64,000 nt of DNA, taken from Haliotis rubra. Its lineage: Eukaryota. Positions 1 through 14,014 of the stretch are shown here, piece by piece. How positions within the stretch are numbered: position 1 is the stretch's first letter; each line of letters begins with the position of its first letter. The position numbers were made by a program, and so were the translations under genes. The notes beneath the pieces are model-generated. The model had not been told where the DNA came from. It ran no database searches and saw nothing but the letters and a program-made list of their open reading frames with translations. The stretch spans positions 1-64,000 of the forward strand of contig NW_025765476.1 in NCBI RefSeq assembly GCF_003918875.1. The letters are read 5' to 3'.

Positions 1-767
1 AACGATGCTGCCAAGAAACATCATCTGGTCAAGAAGTTCCACCACCGAGAACAACGCCGGCGGTAAACAACTACATGAACGCCTCAACTACAACAGGAAG
101 GACTACAAGGATAACTTTGCCCAGAACGCTAACGCTGCCAGCTCTAATGCCAACAACGCTACGCTCAGTAGGTATTACAACGATGCCGCCAACAGCAGCC
201 CACAACAACGACAAATACGCCGCCAACAAACGCTGATAACGCCTACAAATACACACAATGACGTCGCTCAGGCCGCCAACGGCAAACGCTGCGCAAGAAA
301 TTCGAACTACTACAGCCAGGACGCGCTGCTAAAGCTGCCGGGGCAACAACAAATGCCGCTGCTTCTAAAATACAACGACTACAACAAAGCTGCTGGTGCC
401 CGCCAGCGTCCTCAACAACTACGCCCACGACAACTATGTGCTCCAGTAATGCCCGTGCCCATTCTAACGGTCATGGCGCTGCTACCAACCACGCCGCCAC
501 CGCGCCAACACGGAACCCCTACAACAACGGCTTTCGTGTTGGTCGAAGTTGGTATCGGTAATGGAGTTGGTGTCGGACAGAGTTGGTATCGGTCATGGAG
601 TTGGTGTTGGACGTAACGTTGGTATCCGGTCATAGGTTAGTGTCCGGAAAGAGAGAGTCGGAGGGTTCCGGGTAGGAAATGGCGTCGCCGGCGTTGGATT
701 CGGCCGTGGCCTTGCTGGAGGTTTTCTGGAGGAGGCTAAGAACGGGCGTTCACCAGCACATTACTAG
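1..767 (+). pseudogene. Paralogue A (B-type), 3' part of exon 2 only; many apparent frameshifts (pseudogene or consensus errors)
   Basis: DNA matches the reverse complement of gene B (gccaagaaacatcatctggtcaagaagttccaccac = AKKHHLVKKFHH; ...cattacTAG stop at 765-767). The 3' UTR at 768-1250 matches 18100-18541 reversed, with AATAAA at 1120-1125. Numerous small insertions break the frame. Confidence 0.85.
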
Positions 768-2759
768 ACACAGACATAAGCTCATAGGTTTATTGGGATC
801 ACGAAGTTTAATGATGTTTTTGTCTACAATTTTATACTGTTTGATACCTTTACGTACTTCTTCAGAAAGAATTGTGGGTGTCCCATCTTTCCTTTTGTAA
901 ATATACTTCTTCCATGAACTTGGCTACAGACATAATTTTTGTTCTTAGAATTACTATCTCGAGGTGACTAAATCTAGTCACCGTTTCTTCCAGCAGTTTT
1001 GCCAATTAGGATTTTTCGAACCTTTATACCGCGATATCAAGACATCTTTCGTCTATGTTGAGATATCATCTCATTGAGAATTGATGCAGATCTCAGTCAT
1101 GTGTTGTCCTGCTTGTCTGAATAAATAATTCTTTGAGAACATGATCTAATTTTCTGCTTTTATGTCAGGTCACTAAGTCTTATAAAGCGGCTTATGTAGA
1201 AATACACTAACTGGACAATAATTCAGTGAGATTTCACGGGGGTTGGTATTCTATCATTTACCTACGCCAATTGAGCTTTTGTTGGAGCCAAGCACTTGGA
1301 ACACATGGCATAATTTATTAACTTCTAAATAATGAGAGGACATTGTTCATTTACTGTACAGTCAGAGAGATTACAAAGGTTGATTATTTTCACCATCAGT
1401 TCCAATCTCCACTCAAGTTTAATGTACGGGACTATTTGCGAGATCATGTACTCAAAGGCGAAAGTAACTCTCATTATAAGAATAAACTAATAATAATTGA
1501 CAATAATAATATTTTTGAGGATAAGTTCTCGGCAGGATTAGAGCCAGCCAATAATAGTGTATCTATCGGGGACATTTACGTACCAGAATCCTGTAAAGTT
1601 TGGTGAGAGATCAGACCAGTTGCATCATTGTTTATAAACAAAATCTTATTTATCGCCCTTGTCAACCTGTGGTTAGAGGTTAGAATTCAACCATAGTGAC
1701 TCGGAATCTTTCATTTTAGTGATCTGTTCGCATAATTTTCTTCGTTGTTTGCCTTTGCATTGGAATACAATGTGTTTTTGCATCGAACTGTTTTAACACA
1801 ATATGGGGAATGAGTGGCACTTGTTTACGCCATGCTCGATAATCATGCGTGGAAGGAAATACAGTCACAACAGACTGATGATGAGGAAAAAGGAGAGCGT
1901 ATCCTCTTGTTTAGCTTGACAATGCTCCGTCCCACCCCTCAAGGAGACGCATGAAAGTGCTCAGCAATGTTACAGTGAAATGAATAACTTCATTAAAATC
2001 TGGACAATAATGCACCTGGACTTTTTTAGTCAGTCCCAAGCTGGTCCGAATTAGACAGAGTGCACTGTATACCAAACAGACTTGGCGCGAGGAAGGAAAA
2101 TTCCATTACAATATTACTATATCTAACGTAAGGTTTGGTCCTCGATATCGTTGGAACCTTATAAAGGACTCACGGCATTCAGCGACAGCATCATATGACT
2201 AATCACTTTAGAAACCATCACCTGCAAGCGTACGGAATCCTTGGCAGATTTCTGTGTGACTATATTTAAATGTGATTTTATCTTTTTCACAATTATACTG
2301 AAAAAGAAGGATGCGTGCACTCAGGAACTTTATATATTTCGTTTCTACTTCGCTTTTGGTTATTTTCAGCATTCAATGCGCTCTTTTCGATTCACGTACT
2401 TCCCTAATTGTAAGCCTTTATCGTCATCATTATTCATGAAGGTTATTTAAAGAAGTTTTAATGAGCGCCTCTAAACTAAACCAGTAATAAAGAGACCTCT
2501 AGTTGGTAGAACCTAGTACATGTAGGAATTTCATTGGACATCCGTCAGGGTCTCGATGGTGTATTTCCACGTATAAAATAGAAACAGCAGCCAAGCTGTT
2601 ACTAAGTGCACGTGAACTTCAAGGGTGACTTGTCATCTTTCGCTTGAGTGGTTTCTGGAAGACATACAGCACCAGCACGTGGATGTCGCTTAGTGTAATC
2701 TTCGCACACGATGCGTAGGTATGGTGGAACGTGTCAGTCGACAAATCCGTAGAAGTACC

Positions 2760-2900
2760 CTGACTGACTGACTGACTGACTGAGTTTGGTTTTGCGCGCT
2801 TTTGCAATATTCCAGCAACATCACGGCTGGGGACACAAAGAAAAATGGAAGCTGCACATTGTACCCGTAATGGGGATTCGAACCCGGGTCCTCGGCATCA
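2760..2900 (-). mobile_element. tRNA-derived SINE family 1, degraded copy
   Basis: gcaatattccagcaacatcacgg...cacattgtaccc...ggggattcgaacccgggtc matches the other family-1 copies; (CTGA)n tail. Confidence 0.7.
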
Positions 2901-4214
2901 AATACCCGATGAAACGTAAACGGGCATGGCTAATGTATAGAGTCTATCTTCCAGTAATTATAACCCCACATATCCTACATGTGACCAGCTCGCGTTTTGG
3001 TGTAAAGCCTGTGTTAAAATTCGCTCCGAACATCTGAGTTTTATCATTTCTATAACTCCAGAAACTCAGGTGGGGAGACTGACAAAACAAAGAATTAGCA
3101 TGTGACGCGCGAACTTCGAGTTGATAAATACACCCCAACGCAATTTTTTTCGCTTATATCATCTTGTGGATCCCTCTCAGAATGTAAGCGAATATGTGTC
3201 GCAGTAAATGGTTAGTAGCGGGTGCATTTTGTGTGCAGAATTTTGTTAGTTGGCCATGATCAGCCAAATGAACGTCTCCGTGTTGGAGTTAAACTGTAGG
3301 TGGCGCTACCGGGATAGCAGCACAGACACGGTTCATTACCAGACCACAGACACTTTTATTAGTTTGATGAATATCGCGAGCACTCAGCAATATTCGTGCT
3401 ATATGGCGGTACACTTTTATTAGTGTATGAGCCACTCGGTCAAAAGTACAAGTGCCATAACAGAGTGGCCCATATAATTGCTTTTAATAAAGAACATAAA
3501 GAATAACAAAAGCAATTATATTTTCGAATTGATATACGGCTAAAGTTGGCAATAGCTGGTTAAATGTGTGTTTTGAAGGTAATTCTCGGTAACATTACTG
3601 AGCATGTTCTTTTTGCTTAATTTTTCTATAGCGATCACAATTAGTAGAAGTTACGGAACATGTGTTCAGTGACATTATTAACTTCACAATACAATGCATT
3701 TTCATATTTGTAGTAATTGATATGGAATCTCCCTTATAACACATTACTAACTCACCACAGTCTAGATAACACTATTATTCTTACTTTGTTGATATTGATA
3801 TAACATATGAATTGTTCACACATGATGAGAGCTCTTTAAACAAGGAATATGTAAACGTACAGGAACTATTTTGGAGTTTTGCATGCCACTCTTGTATCAA
3901 ACAATCTTTGTTTCGTCTTACAAGAAATTTAAAGCAATGCTGTTTGTCTCCAATCCCTGCTGTTTGTCTTCAACTCTGTGTCAGCTTCTACACGTAGTTA
4001 AAGTGTGGGAATATCTATTACAATTGAGGTATAGTTGCGGCATTATACTGGCATTGACAATATGCCACTGTTTACTATATAGGTACTTCTAAAATGTACC
4101 CCAGTCAACCAAGTTTAAAGTATCAAGTAACTACTGTTACCATAGTGACATGCATCCTACACCGATGAGGTGACGACGTCTGAATCTAGATAACCGACCT
4201 CCATAGATGGTAGG

Positions 4215-6175
4215 TCTCTCTTCCTCCCTCTCGCTTATTCCCTCTCTCATTCTTTCTCCCACTCCCTCCTTATTCTCTCCCTCCCTCCTCGCTTATTCCT
4301 CTCTCTCATTCTCTTCCTCCCCTCCCATTATTCACTGCTCCTCATGATTCCTCTCTCATTCATTCCCTCCCTACCTTTATTCTCTCCTCCCCTCCCCATG
4401 TATTCCTCCTCTCCTTTATTCCCTCTGCTATTCTCTCCCTCCCTCCCTTGTTCTCTTCTCCCTCGCTCCAGCTTATTCCCTCTCTCATTCTCTCTCCTTC
4501 CTTATGACTCTCCCTCCTCTCGCTTATTCTTTTCTCAGATTCTCTCTCTCCCTCCCAATGCCCTTATTCTCTCTCTCATTCTCCTCTCCCCCTCCCTACC
4601 TTATTCTCTCTCTCCCTCACATTCCCCTCCCATTCTCTCTCCCTCCCCTTATTCTCTCCTTCCTGCTCACATTATTCTCATTCTCTCTCCCCTACCTTAT
4701 TCCACTCTTCCTGCCTTATGACCCCTCTCCTCATTCCTCTCCCTCCCTCCCCTTTATTCCTCTCCTCCCCTCTCACATTCTCCTCTTCTTTATTCCCTCT
4801 CTCCCCCTCCATTCTCCTTCCTTCCCATTCTCTCCACTCCTCCTTATTCTCTCCACTCTTCCATTCCCTATTATTCTCTCCCTCATTCCCTCCCTCCTCT
4901 TTCCTCTCTCTCCTGCCCTCTTATTCTCTCCCTCTCTTATCTCTCTTCCATTCTATTCTCTCCCTCCTGCCACCCATTCTCCACCTCCCCTACTCTCCAC
5001 CTCCCTCCACTTCTCTCTCCACTTTCCTTATTCTCTCTATTCTCTCCTCCCTTTATTCTCTCCCCTCCTCACTGCATATTCCCTCTCCTCATTCTCTCCC
5101 CCTCCTACTATTCTCTCCCTCCCGCTCGCTTTATTCCCTCTCTCATTCTCTCTCCCCTCCTACCTTATTCTCTCCCTCTCATTCTCTCCCTCCTCTACCT
5201 TATTATCCCTCCCTGTTATTCTCTCCCCCTCATTCCTCCCTCCTCCATTTCCCTCTCATTCTCTCCCTCTCTCATTCTCTCCCTCCTCCTTCCTGTTATT
5301 CTCTCCCCTCTCTCCCTCCATTATTCCCTCTCTCATTCTCTCTCCCTCCCTCCCTTGTTCTCTCCACATGATTCTCTCTCCCATTCTCTCTCCTTGTGTC
5401 CCTCTTCTCTTTTCCTCTCCCCTCTCCTTGTTCTCTCCTCCCGTTCTCTTCTCCATGTAATTCTCTCTCCTTGTTCCTTATTGTCTCTCCTTGTTCTCCA
5501 TTGTTCTCTCTCCTTGTTCCTCTCTCTCCTTGTGCTTGTGTCTCTCCCTCCATTCTCTCTCCTTGTTCCCTTTTCTTTCTCTCTCCCTCCTCCACGTTCT
5601 CTCCTCTCCTCCTCGCTCATCTCTCCTCCTTGATTCCTCTCTCCCCTCATGTTCTCTCCTCGTTTCCTCGTTCCTCCTTCATTCTCTCCTCCCTTCCATC
5701 ATTCTCTCTCTCGCTCCTTGTTCCCTCATTCATTCCTCATTCTCCCTCCTCCCTTATTCTCTCCCATAGCTCATTCCCTCTCGTTCTCTCTCCCTCCTTA
5801 TTCTCTCCTCCGCTCTGCTCATTCCCTCTCGTTCTCTCTCCCCTCCTTGATTCTCTCCCTCCCGCTCGGCTTATTCCTCTCTCTCATCCTCTCCCCCATT
5901 GATTCTCTCCCCTCCCGCTCAGCTCGTTCCCCTCTCATTCTCTCTCCCTCCTTATTCTCCTCCTCCCGCCGGCTCATTCCCTCTCTCATTCTCTCTCCTC
6001 CCTTATTCTCTCCCTCCCGCTCGCTTTATTCCTCTCATTCTCTCTCCCTCCCTTTATTCCTCTCCTCTCTTTTTTCTCCTCTCTCTCTTGTTGTCTCTCT
6101 CGGCTCCCCTTCTCTTTCCTTTATTCTCTCTAACATCTATCTATCTATCTCTCCCCTCCTCCCTCTTCGCCCGAT
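4215..6175. repeat. CT-rich low-complexity/minisatellite tract (ttattctctccctccc-like units), noisy
   Basis: Almost purely pyrimidine on the + strand; the overlapping Ser/Pro/Leu ORFs are artefacts. Confidence 0.9.
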
Positions 6176-7544
6176 AATGTATGGGACTAATTAGTTTATG
6201 GTTCTTTGGTGTGTTGTGTAGGATGGTAGAAATAAATCCATTAAAAGTTCGATCATCCTCATTAAGTCATTCTTAAAGTGTATTTTGATCCTGCTATTTT
6301 GTTGTGTTGTGTGATAAGTCCTTCATTTTCTTCTTACGAGGGATCCTCAATAGTATGCTTGTACACCTTCACCGACACATACACCCTTGAAGCTCAAGCA
6401 GTAACGAAGAAATACATTTTACGATGTAATAAATGGAGCCACAGATGAATACAAAGCTATAATTACTAAAGGGATTTTTCGGTTATGAACTTAAAATAAT
6501 TAAAGCAATAAAATAATAAAACATCGATCAAACGTTGCTGCTTTCTATTATATTGTCGATAGGGTCCTACCAGTAATACGCAAAGGGAGGAACTAGTTGA
6601 TGAAAATCACTCGACCAAATTAAGTTGGAACCCTAACGATGTTGCCAGGCAATGGACCTTTGATTGGATGCTGCCGTGAGGTATTAAATGCAATTCGAGC
6701 TTTACAGTGTTGCATGATATAGAAACATTTAAACATGAATTGGTCACCCGCCGAGTCCACGCAATTATCGTGTGCTGATGATGGTTTGCCGAGACCCGCC
6801 GAGTTAATCCAGTGCGCCGATAAGTTGGTACTTGAGCTTTGACCTGCTGGAGTCCACGCACGCGAGTTACCTGAGTTGATTATTGAGTGTGCTGATGTTG
6901 GTACTTTGCTGGTGAAGGGCAGGGTGGCTTTCCATTCCTTTATATCATTTTGTGTGTTGGTGGTGCACCTCCTGGAAGAAACGTTAGGACCCTTCGCTGA
7001 TTTTGATTGCTTTGACACTTCAGTGAAGCGGAAGACTTTTGGATTGGTGTGTTTCCAAGAACTGTTCAATCTTCTTTCAAATCATTGTATCCAAACTGTG
7101 ATGTTAGCTTTTTTGTAAAGTTAAAGTTGAACATGCAAATCGATACAAATACTGCACTAGACGTACATACCGATTAGTCCTTATCACCTACGTCATCACT
7201 GTCAATATAACGTCTTGTACAGTTTGAACATGCACAAATGTGCTAAACGTATAACCCATTTGTCCAAATAATTTAAAACTGATTATATTTTGTAATCTTT
7301 AGTGGTGTTTTTCTTAACATGATGAGGGTACAATGTATTGCTGGAATATTGTAAAACGATGCTCATTCACTCGCTCACTCAAACCTAACAAGACGACTTG
7401 TACTGAATGTAACCACAGATATTTTCTAGCGGTTGACATTTTGTTCGAACTGTTTAAATTCCTGTACTCGGCAGAAAGTCGTTTCCCCGCTGTTTTATTA
7501 TTGATACTTTAAAGGCCAGACTATGCACGCAGACATGTACTTAA

Positions 7545-7721
7545 TATGGAATACTGTAAGGGACATTCGCGCGATCGCATTCTCGCGATCTCGTCCTTTG
7601 GAAACAAGCTAAAAATGCCAAAAGAAGTGCGAGAATGCGAGATCGAGAACGCGAGATTTGGCCAAAATCTCGCGTTCGCGAGAATCACAGAATCGCGGAA
7701 TGTCACTTACGGTATTCCATA
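7545..7721. mobile_element. MITE with TATGG...CCATA termini (IS3EU-like)
   Basis: TIR tatggaatactgtaagggacattc / gaatgtcacttacggtattccata with internal CGAGA-rich inverted repeats; no clear TSD; absent at the paralogous site near 17370. Confidence 0.6.
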
Positions 7722-8724
7722 AATATCTTCTTAGTGGCATAATTAATTTTTCTAAAATATAATGCTGGTATAGATGTCAGTAAGGAGAAAATTTCTGGTT
7801 TTGTGAAGCCTGTACTGCCGATCACAGTACAACTCTTTTCATTAGAACTATACAGCCGTGAGCATAAATCTGAGAACTGTCTGAGGAACTGACTGTGGAA
7901 CTACTGTCTTTCCAAGCTCATGGGTTATTACCTGTGCGGATTAAGGTGCTTATTGCCCAGTTATGTATTTATAGATAAGCCGTTTAATAAAGGCTCAGTA
8001 ACCTGGCATAAAGGAAACCAGAAAACATGATCATATTCAAGAATTCTTTATTCCGACAAGTAAGACAACGCATGAGGGAGAGATTTACATCAGTCCTTGA
8101 AATTAGTCAATCTCAGCATAGACGAAAAATCTTAACACCATGGTCTACAGGGGCGAAACATCTTGATTGGTAAACTGCAGGGGAGAAATGGTGTTGGATT
8201 TGATTACTTCGGTCTTATAATTCGCATTAGAAAAACAAATTCTGTAAGGTTTCATGGAATCTATGTTCACAAATGGAAAGATCGACAAACACATAAAGAA
8301 ATTACGGTCATAAGCGTATCAAAATTAAATTGTGAAAAACATATGAGTTGAGAGATCTGCATTATACTCTTTGAAAGTAGCCAATATACACGAAGATGTG
8401 CAGTAACACCACAGTACTAAGAGGGTCGAAAACTCTAATTCTGCCATGATTTCAGTAAATACTGGATTGTGATTAGTTAATCAAAGTCAGTCAGAGGTAT
8501 ATAATCACGTTATATACCAGCGCTTTTGAGCATGCACTAGTTGCCTGAATATGTGCGCCGTATACCAATATCCTACTCAATTAGGGAGATAAACATACTG
8601 TATTTGGAAAATCAGAGGTATATAACGAAATTATAATAGCTCCTAAATTTGATTTAAAACCAGAACGCGTAGCATTATATACCTCTGATTTTTCAACACA
8701 GTACGTTTATCTCCATTACTGCCA

Positions 8725-10270
8725 TACCACCATTATGCTCTTCCATCCATACCATGTTGGCATCCATTCCTCCAATATTCTGTGTGTTGTCCTTCACCAT
8801 CCATTCCTTCCTTCATTTCTTTATATTTATGGCTTCCATATTCTTCTCATGTCCTTTCTTTATCTATGTCTATATACCCTTTTCCCTTTCAGCAAATCCA
8901 TTTTCCTTCCTTTCCATTTCCACTTTCCATTTCTTTCCATTTCTTTTCACCATATGCCATGCACCATATCCACTCCATTATTTATTCCATATTATTCTTT
9001 ATTTTTCATGTCCATTATTTTCTTTTTATTTCCCTGTAGATGTCATGGCTTTTCGTGTGTGTTTATTCCTGTTTCTTCACTGCATTATTTATAATCCATT
9101 ATTCCTTTATTATTCCACTATCCTCCTTTTGCTACTGCCCATCCATATATGCGTTCCATTTCTGCCATTACCATTGGCTGTATCCATTATATTTATTCCA
9201 CTTGTTATTGCTGTCATATTTATTAAACTACATTGCCTTTGTCATTATACTCATGGTGTGTGCAGTGCCGTTCATTTCCGTTATCCTTGTGTCCCTTCTT
9301 ATTTATGCATTCATGTTATTTCCTTTGTTATTTATGTGTTTCTGTGTGTTCTTGCTGTGTCATTTTCTTCTGTCTATGAGTTATCCATGTTATCCATGTG
9401 TTGGCATCCACTTCCTTTGTGTCATATCCATGTCTATCAGATACACTGCCTCCAGTGTGGATCTATGGCTGTTATTCTGTCTGCTGTTATATGGCGTCGT
9501 TGATTCCTGTGTGCTGTGTTCTCTGTGTCATTCCGTGGATCCATATTTTGTGCTGTGCTGCAAGTTGTGTGTGTCCTTCCTTCTGTCCGTTCTGTCCATG
9601 TGTGTGTCCATGTGTTGTCCTGTGCTGTGCTGTCATGTTCCATGCTTTCGTTCCTTCCTGTGCCACGTGTTCCATGGGGTTTCCGTGGTTGTGTTCTGTC
9701 ATGGGCTGTGATTCTTTGCTGTGTCGTGTCTTCTTGTCGTGTGTCATGTGTGCTTCCACTCTTGTCACCATGCCTTCTGGCTGTGCATTTGTCTGTGTGT
9801 GTCCTGTGATTCCTGTGTCCATGTCCTTTGGGGTTATGGCTGCTGTGTCCGTTCATGTCCTCCTCGTTGGGGTGTGTGTCAGTGTGTGTGTGTGTGCTGT
9901 GGTTGATTGTCTTTCCTGTCATGGTCTCATGTGTTTCCTTTGTTGCATGTCCATGTCCTTCTGTGTGTTCCATGTGTCCTTTCTGTGTGTGGGTGTCAGT
10001 CAGTGTGTGGTGTGTGTCCTTTTCCGTGGTTGTTGGCCTGTGTGGTCTTCGTTGATTCTGGATGGTCCTGTGTGTTCCTGGGTCTTCTGATTCTGTCGTT
10101 ATCTGTCTGGTGACTCCTTCTCCTGTTGTGTGGTGTCCCTGTGTCGTGTCCGTGTTCATGTTCCTGTGTATGGGAGGCCACATTTGGCTGGGGCTTTCTT
10201 GTATCACCACCTTCATCTTGACTCCACAGGGCTGTTTCCTCTGTCTGGGAGATAAGATCCGGTCTGTGTC
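8725..10270 (-). pseudogene. Hidden B-type paralogue in garbled, A-depleted sequence
   Basis: Anchors collinear with gene B: 9281 ttatccttgtgtcccttctt ~19101; 9431 tgtctatcagat...gtggatct ~19320; 9538 gatccatattt ~19476; 9584 tgtccgttctg ~19569; exon-1 homologue accttcatcttgactccacagg at ~10209-10230; 3' UTR homologue 7950-8340 with polyA signal at 8047-8052. Confidence 0.75.
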
Positions 10271-10739
10271 CATCTTTTCATTTCCATTCCTTGTGCTGTG
10301 CAGTCTGCTAAGACCTCAGTAAGTTATAGTGTCCTTTGGGCTGGGCTCTGTCATCTCAGTGTCTCCTCGGCGTCCATCCATTCCTCCGTCGGCTCCTCCG
10401 TCCTCGGCTCCTCGTCATCCATGATCCTGTTTCCACTGTGCTTCACTGTTGTCCACCTCTTCTGCTTCTCCTGTTTATTTCTGCCTGTGCCTTGTGTTCC
10501 TGTCCTTCCACCTCTCTACCTCTGTTCTGCTGTGTGTCCACCTCCAGTTCTGTGTCCACCTCTTCTCCTGTTCCTGTCTACCTGTCTTTCTACCTCCACC
10601 TCGTTTCTATCCTGCCTCTGTCTGTTCTGTCCGTCTGTCCATTCTCTGTTCTGTCCAGTTCTACCTCTGATTATCCTGCCTCTTCTACCTCCTTCTCCTA
10701 CCTCTGTTCTATCAGCTTGATTTCTGTCCTTCTGCTGTT

Positions 10740-12010
10740 GTCATTCTTCCTCCTTCCACTCCTACCTCTGTTCTAATTCTATCCCAACTTCCTTTATTTC
10801 TACCCTACATCTTGCTCTGTCCTTCTACTGTTATCCCCTGCCTCTTCTCACTCCTTACTTCTCCTACCTCTGTTCCTACCCTATCCCAACTTTTATTTCT
10901 ACCTCTACATCTCCTGTCCTCTTCTACTGTTATCCCTGCCTCTTCTTCTTCTCACCTCTACTTCTCTATACCTCTGTTCTAATCTCTATCCCTAACTTTT
11001 ATTTCTACCTCTACATCTACCTGTCCTTCTAGTGTTATCCCCTGCTACTCACCTTCTTCTCCCACCCTGTTCCCAATCCTCATCCCAACTTTATTTCACC
11101 TCTACATCTACCTGTCCTTCTACTTGTTATCCCTGCCTCTTTCTACCTAATTCTACTCTCCCCCTGTGTCTCTAAAATCCTATCTCAACTTTTTATTTCT
11201 ACCTCTACACCTGCCTGTCCTTCTACTGTTATCCTGCCTCTTCTACTCAATTCTACTTTTCATACCCCTGTTCTATTCCTATCCCAACTTTTATTTCTAA
11301 TTCTACACCTGCCTGTGCTTCTACTGTTATCCCTGCCTCTTCTTTCTACCTCTACTTCTCCTACCCTTGTTCCAACCTCTATCCCAACTTTATTTTTTCT
11401 ACTTCTACACCTGCCTGTCCTTCTACTGTTATCCCTGCCTCTTCTACTACCTCTACTTCTCCTACCTCTGTTCTACCCTATCCCAACTTTTATTTCTACC
11501 TCTACATCTGCCTGTCCTTCTACTGTTATCCCTGCCTCTTCTTCTACCTCTACTTCTCCTACCTCTGTTCTACCTTATCTCAACTTTTTATCTTCCTTTA
11601 CACTCTACACCTGCCTGTGCTTCTACTGTTATCCCTGCCTCTTCTTCTACCTCTACTTCTCCTACCTCTGTTCGACCGTATCCCAACTTTTATTTCTACC
11701 TCTACATCTACCTGTCCTTCTACTGTTATCTCAGCCTCTTCTTCTACCTCTACTTCTCCTACCTCTGTTCTACCATATCCCAACTTTTATTTCTACCTCT
11801 ACATCTACCTGTCCTTATACTGTTATCCCTGCCTCTTCTTCTACCTCTACTTCTCCTACCTCTGTTCTACCCTATCCCAACTTTTATTTCTACCTCTACA
11901 TCTACCTGTCCTTCTACTGTTATCCCTGCCTCTTCTTCTACCTCTACTTCTCCCACCTCTGTTCTACCCTATTCCAACTTTTATTTCTACCTCTACATCT
12001 ACCTGTGCTT
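10740..12010. repeat. ~97-bp pyrimidine-rich tandem repeat, about 12-13 units (about 2-3 units at 21560-22090)
   Basis: Unit ctacctctacttctcctacctctgttctaccctatcccaacttttatttctacctctacatctacctgtccttctactgttatccctgcctcttctt; spacing 11821 to 11918 = 97. Confidence 0.9.
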
Positions 12011-12498
12011 CCTTTGTTTCTACTTCTGTTTCTTCTTCTGTTACAACTTCTCCTCCACTGCCTGTGCGTCTTCTTCTACGTCTTTTTCTTGTGTTCTACT
12101 TCTCCTCTACTTTGACTTCCGTTTCGAGTTCAGCATTCAACGTTTATACATTTGCCTCTACTTCTATGTCGTTATCTCTCCTTCTACTTCTTCCTCTACC
12201 TCCACTTCTAATTTTCATTCTTCCTCTACGTCTACTTCTACGCAACGATTATAATTCTTTTAAAGTGAAAACCCGTTTGTATTTTTCCGTGTGTTCCATA
12301 TGATAAGCGTTAGTTTGTAGGAAGAAACACGTTTCAGATTTAATAATCTGTGGATCACAATCGGACAAACTTCAATTAAGAAAGTATAATGTCTGATGTC
12401 TGATATAATGTGTTATACACATCAGTTCCTCCAGAACAACCAAGTAGACATAAGTGAAATACGAGTTTCACGCAAACATGCAGTGTTATAACCAATGA

Positions 12499-12544
12499 GG
12501 GGGCGGTGGGGTAGCCTAGTGGTTAAAGCGTTGACTCGTCACGC
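12499..12544 (+). mobile_element. SINE family 1, 5' head fragment
   Basis: ggggcggtggggtagcctagtggttaaagcgttgactcgtcacgc (A-box-like head). Confidence 0.7.
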
Positions 12545-13165
12545 AAACATGCAGTGTTAAACCAGTCATGGCTTACTACATCAAACTTGATACGTTTTGT
12601 GTTTGCAAAAATAGTTTTCAGCTTTTTCTAATTTTGCTGTGTGGTATCTTTAACTAATTGAATAACCAGTGCCTATGATAAAATCATAGGCAAAGTGTAT
12701 TCTAGTCCCTTGTATGGAATCACTAAAGTACTTTGTATATTATAGTTTTGCGTGCATAGGAGCGTTTTCGTAGAATAAACGCAACAGTTATTAGAGCAAG
12801 TCACTATAATTGCTGTATTTGCCTACATATTTCTGAACGGTTTGTCCCAGCGGTTGTTAAACTGATCATTATTATTTTTATTTCCTTTTGTTTTCTCTAC
12901 TGTTTCTTCAGGATACACATCTGCTTGGCATGCTGAATGTTTTTCGCTTCGAAGGCAAATCTGATACATGCATACATGTAAGACTGAATTAATATTTATT
13001 TAATGTTTGCGAATCAGTGAAGTGTGAAGTATGTAAAAAACAAGGAATATGTTTCACACTGTATTAACGAATAATGGTTACAAATAGTTGTGTATATACA
13101 ATGTCCCTAAAATGCTGCTTTGAGCTCTCATATAAATCTTACGGAAAATGTGGGTCCAGATTAAA

Positions 13166-13297
13166 GAGTGAATTTAGTTTTACACCACTTTTAGCAATAT
13201 TCCAGCAATATCATGGCGGGGAACACCAGAAATGGGCTTCACACATTGTACCCTTGTGGGGCATGGAACAAGGGCCTATGCTTAAACCACTAGGCTA
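13166..13297 (-). mobile_element. SINE family 1
   Basis: ttttagcaatattccagcaatatcatggcgggg...gggcttcacacattgtaccc...aaccactaggcta. Confidence 0.8.
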
Positions 13298-14014
13298 TTC
13301 AGGTCGGCACAACCATTATAGGGCAAACACAAAACGACTATCATGAAATTATTGTCTTCATGAGGAAGAATCATTTTAGCGAAATACCTATAGCCCAAGT
13401 TCATGATGTTGTGTCATGAATACAAAAGTAATTACATACGAACACTATATATTTTGTTATGGTGTCGCTGTTTAATAATTATTGGAATGCTTTGTGTGGA
13501 TATTTGAATCGCTGACACATCAGGCATGTTTGAATATACAGTGCTGACCGGTCAACCGCTATTTTATTCTTAATTAAATATTCAACCGATCGGGATGACA
13601 CCATCATGTCTTATCGCTCGCAGCTGCTTGGTAAAATATGTTAAGTAGGGTTAAGGTTTACTGTCTCAAGGCTGACATGACCCTGTGACACAACCGAGCG
13701 CCTCGGTGCGAGGTCACATGTTCTTGATCGCATGCAGGAATAGTGAAAATAGTATAAGTAGTGAGTAAGTGAGTGAGTTTAGTTTAACGCCGCATGCAGC
13801 AATATTCCAGCTATATGCTAAATGAACGTCGCCTTATTAGGACTTAAACTGTAGGTGTCGCTTCCAGGAACAGCATAGACACGGTTCATTACCAGACCAG
13901 ACACTTTTATTAGTTTGATGAATATCGCAACACTCGTGCTTTATGGCGGTACACTTTTATTAGTGTATAGGCCACTCGGTCAAAAGTCCAAGTGCCATAA
14001 CAGAGTGGATTTCT

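Larger units (their letters stand above)
3220..13700. repeat. Segmental tandem duplication unit 1 (~10.5 kb), paralogous to 13800-24500
   Basis: Collinear homology blocks: 3260-4190~13820-14900; 6330-7120~15620-16900; 7830-8340~17790-18480; 10205-10330~20890-21075; 10740-13070~21500-23230; 13400-13680~24230-24500. Confidence 0.85.

Noticed and set aside
4344-6194. Ser/Pro/Leu-rich ORFs up to 318 aa
   Set aside because: A CT-only tract lacks stop codons by composition; probably noisy consensus.
11315-12303. ORFs of 228-295 aa
   Set aside because: Translations of the 97-bp pyrimidine-rich tandem repeat, open in all three frames.
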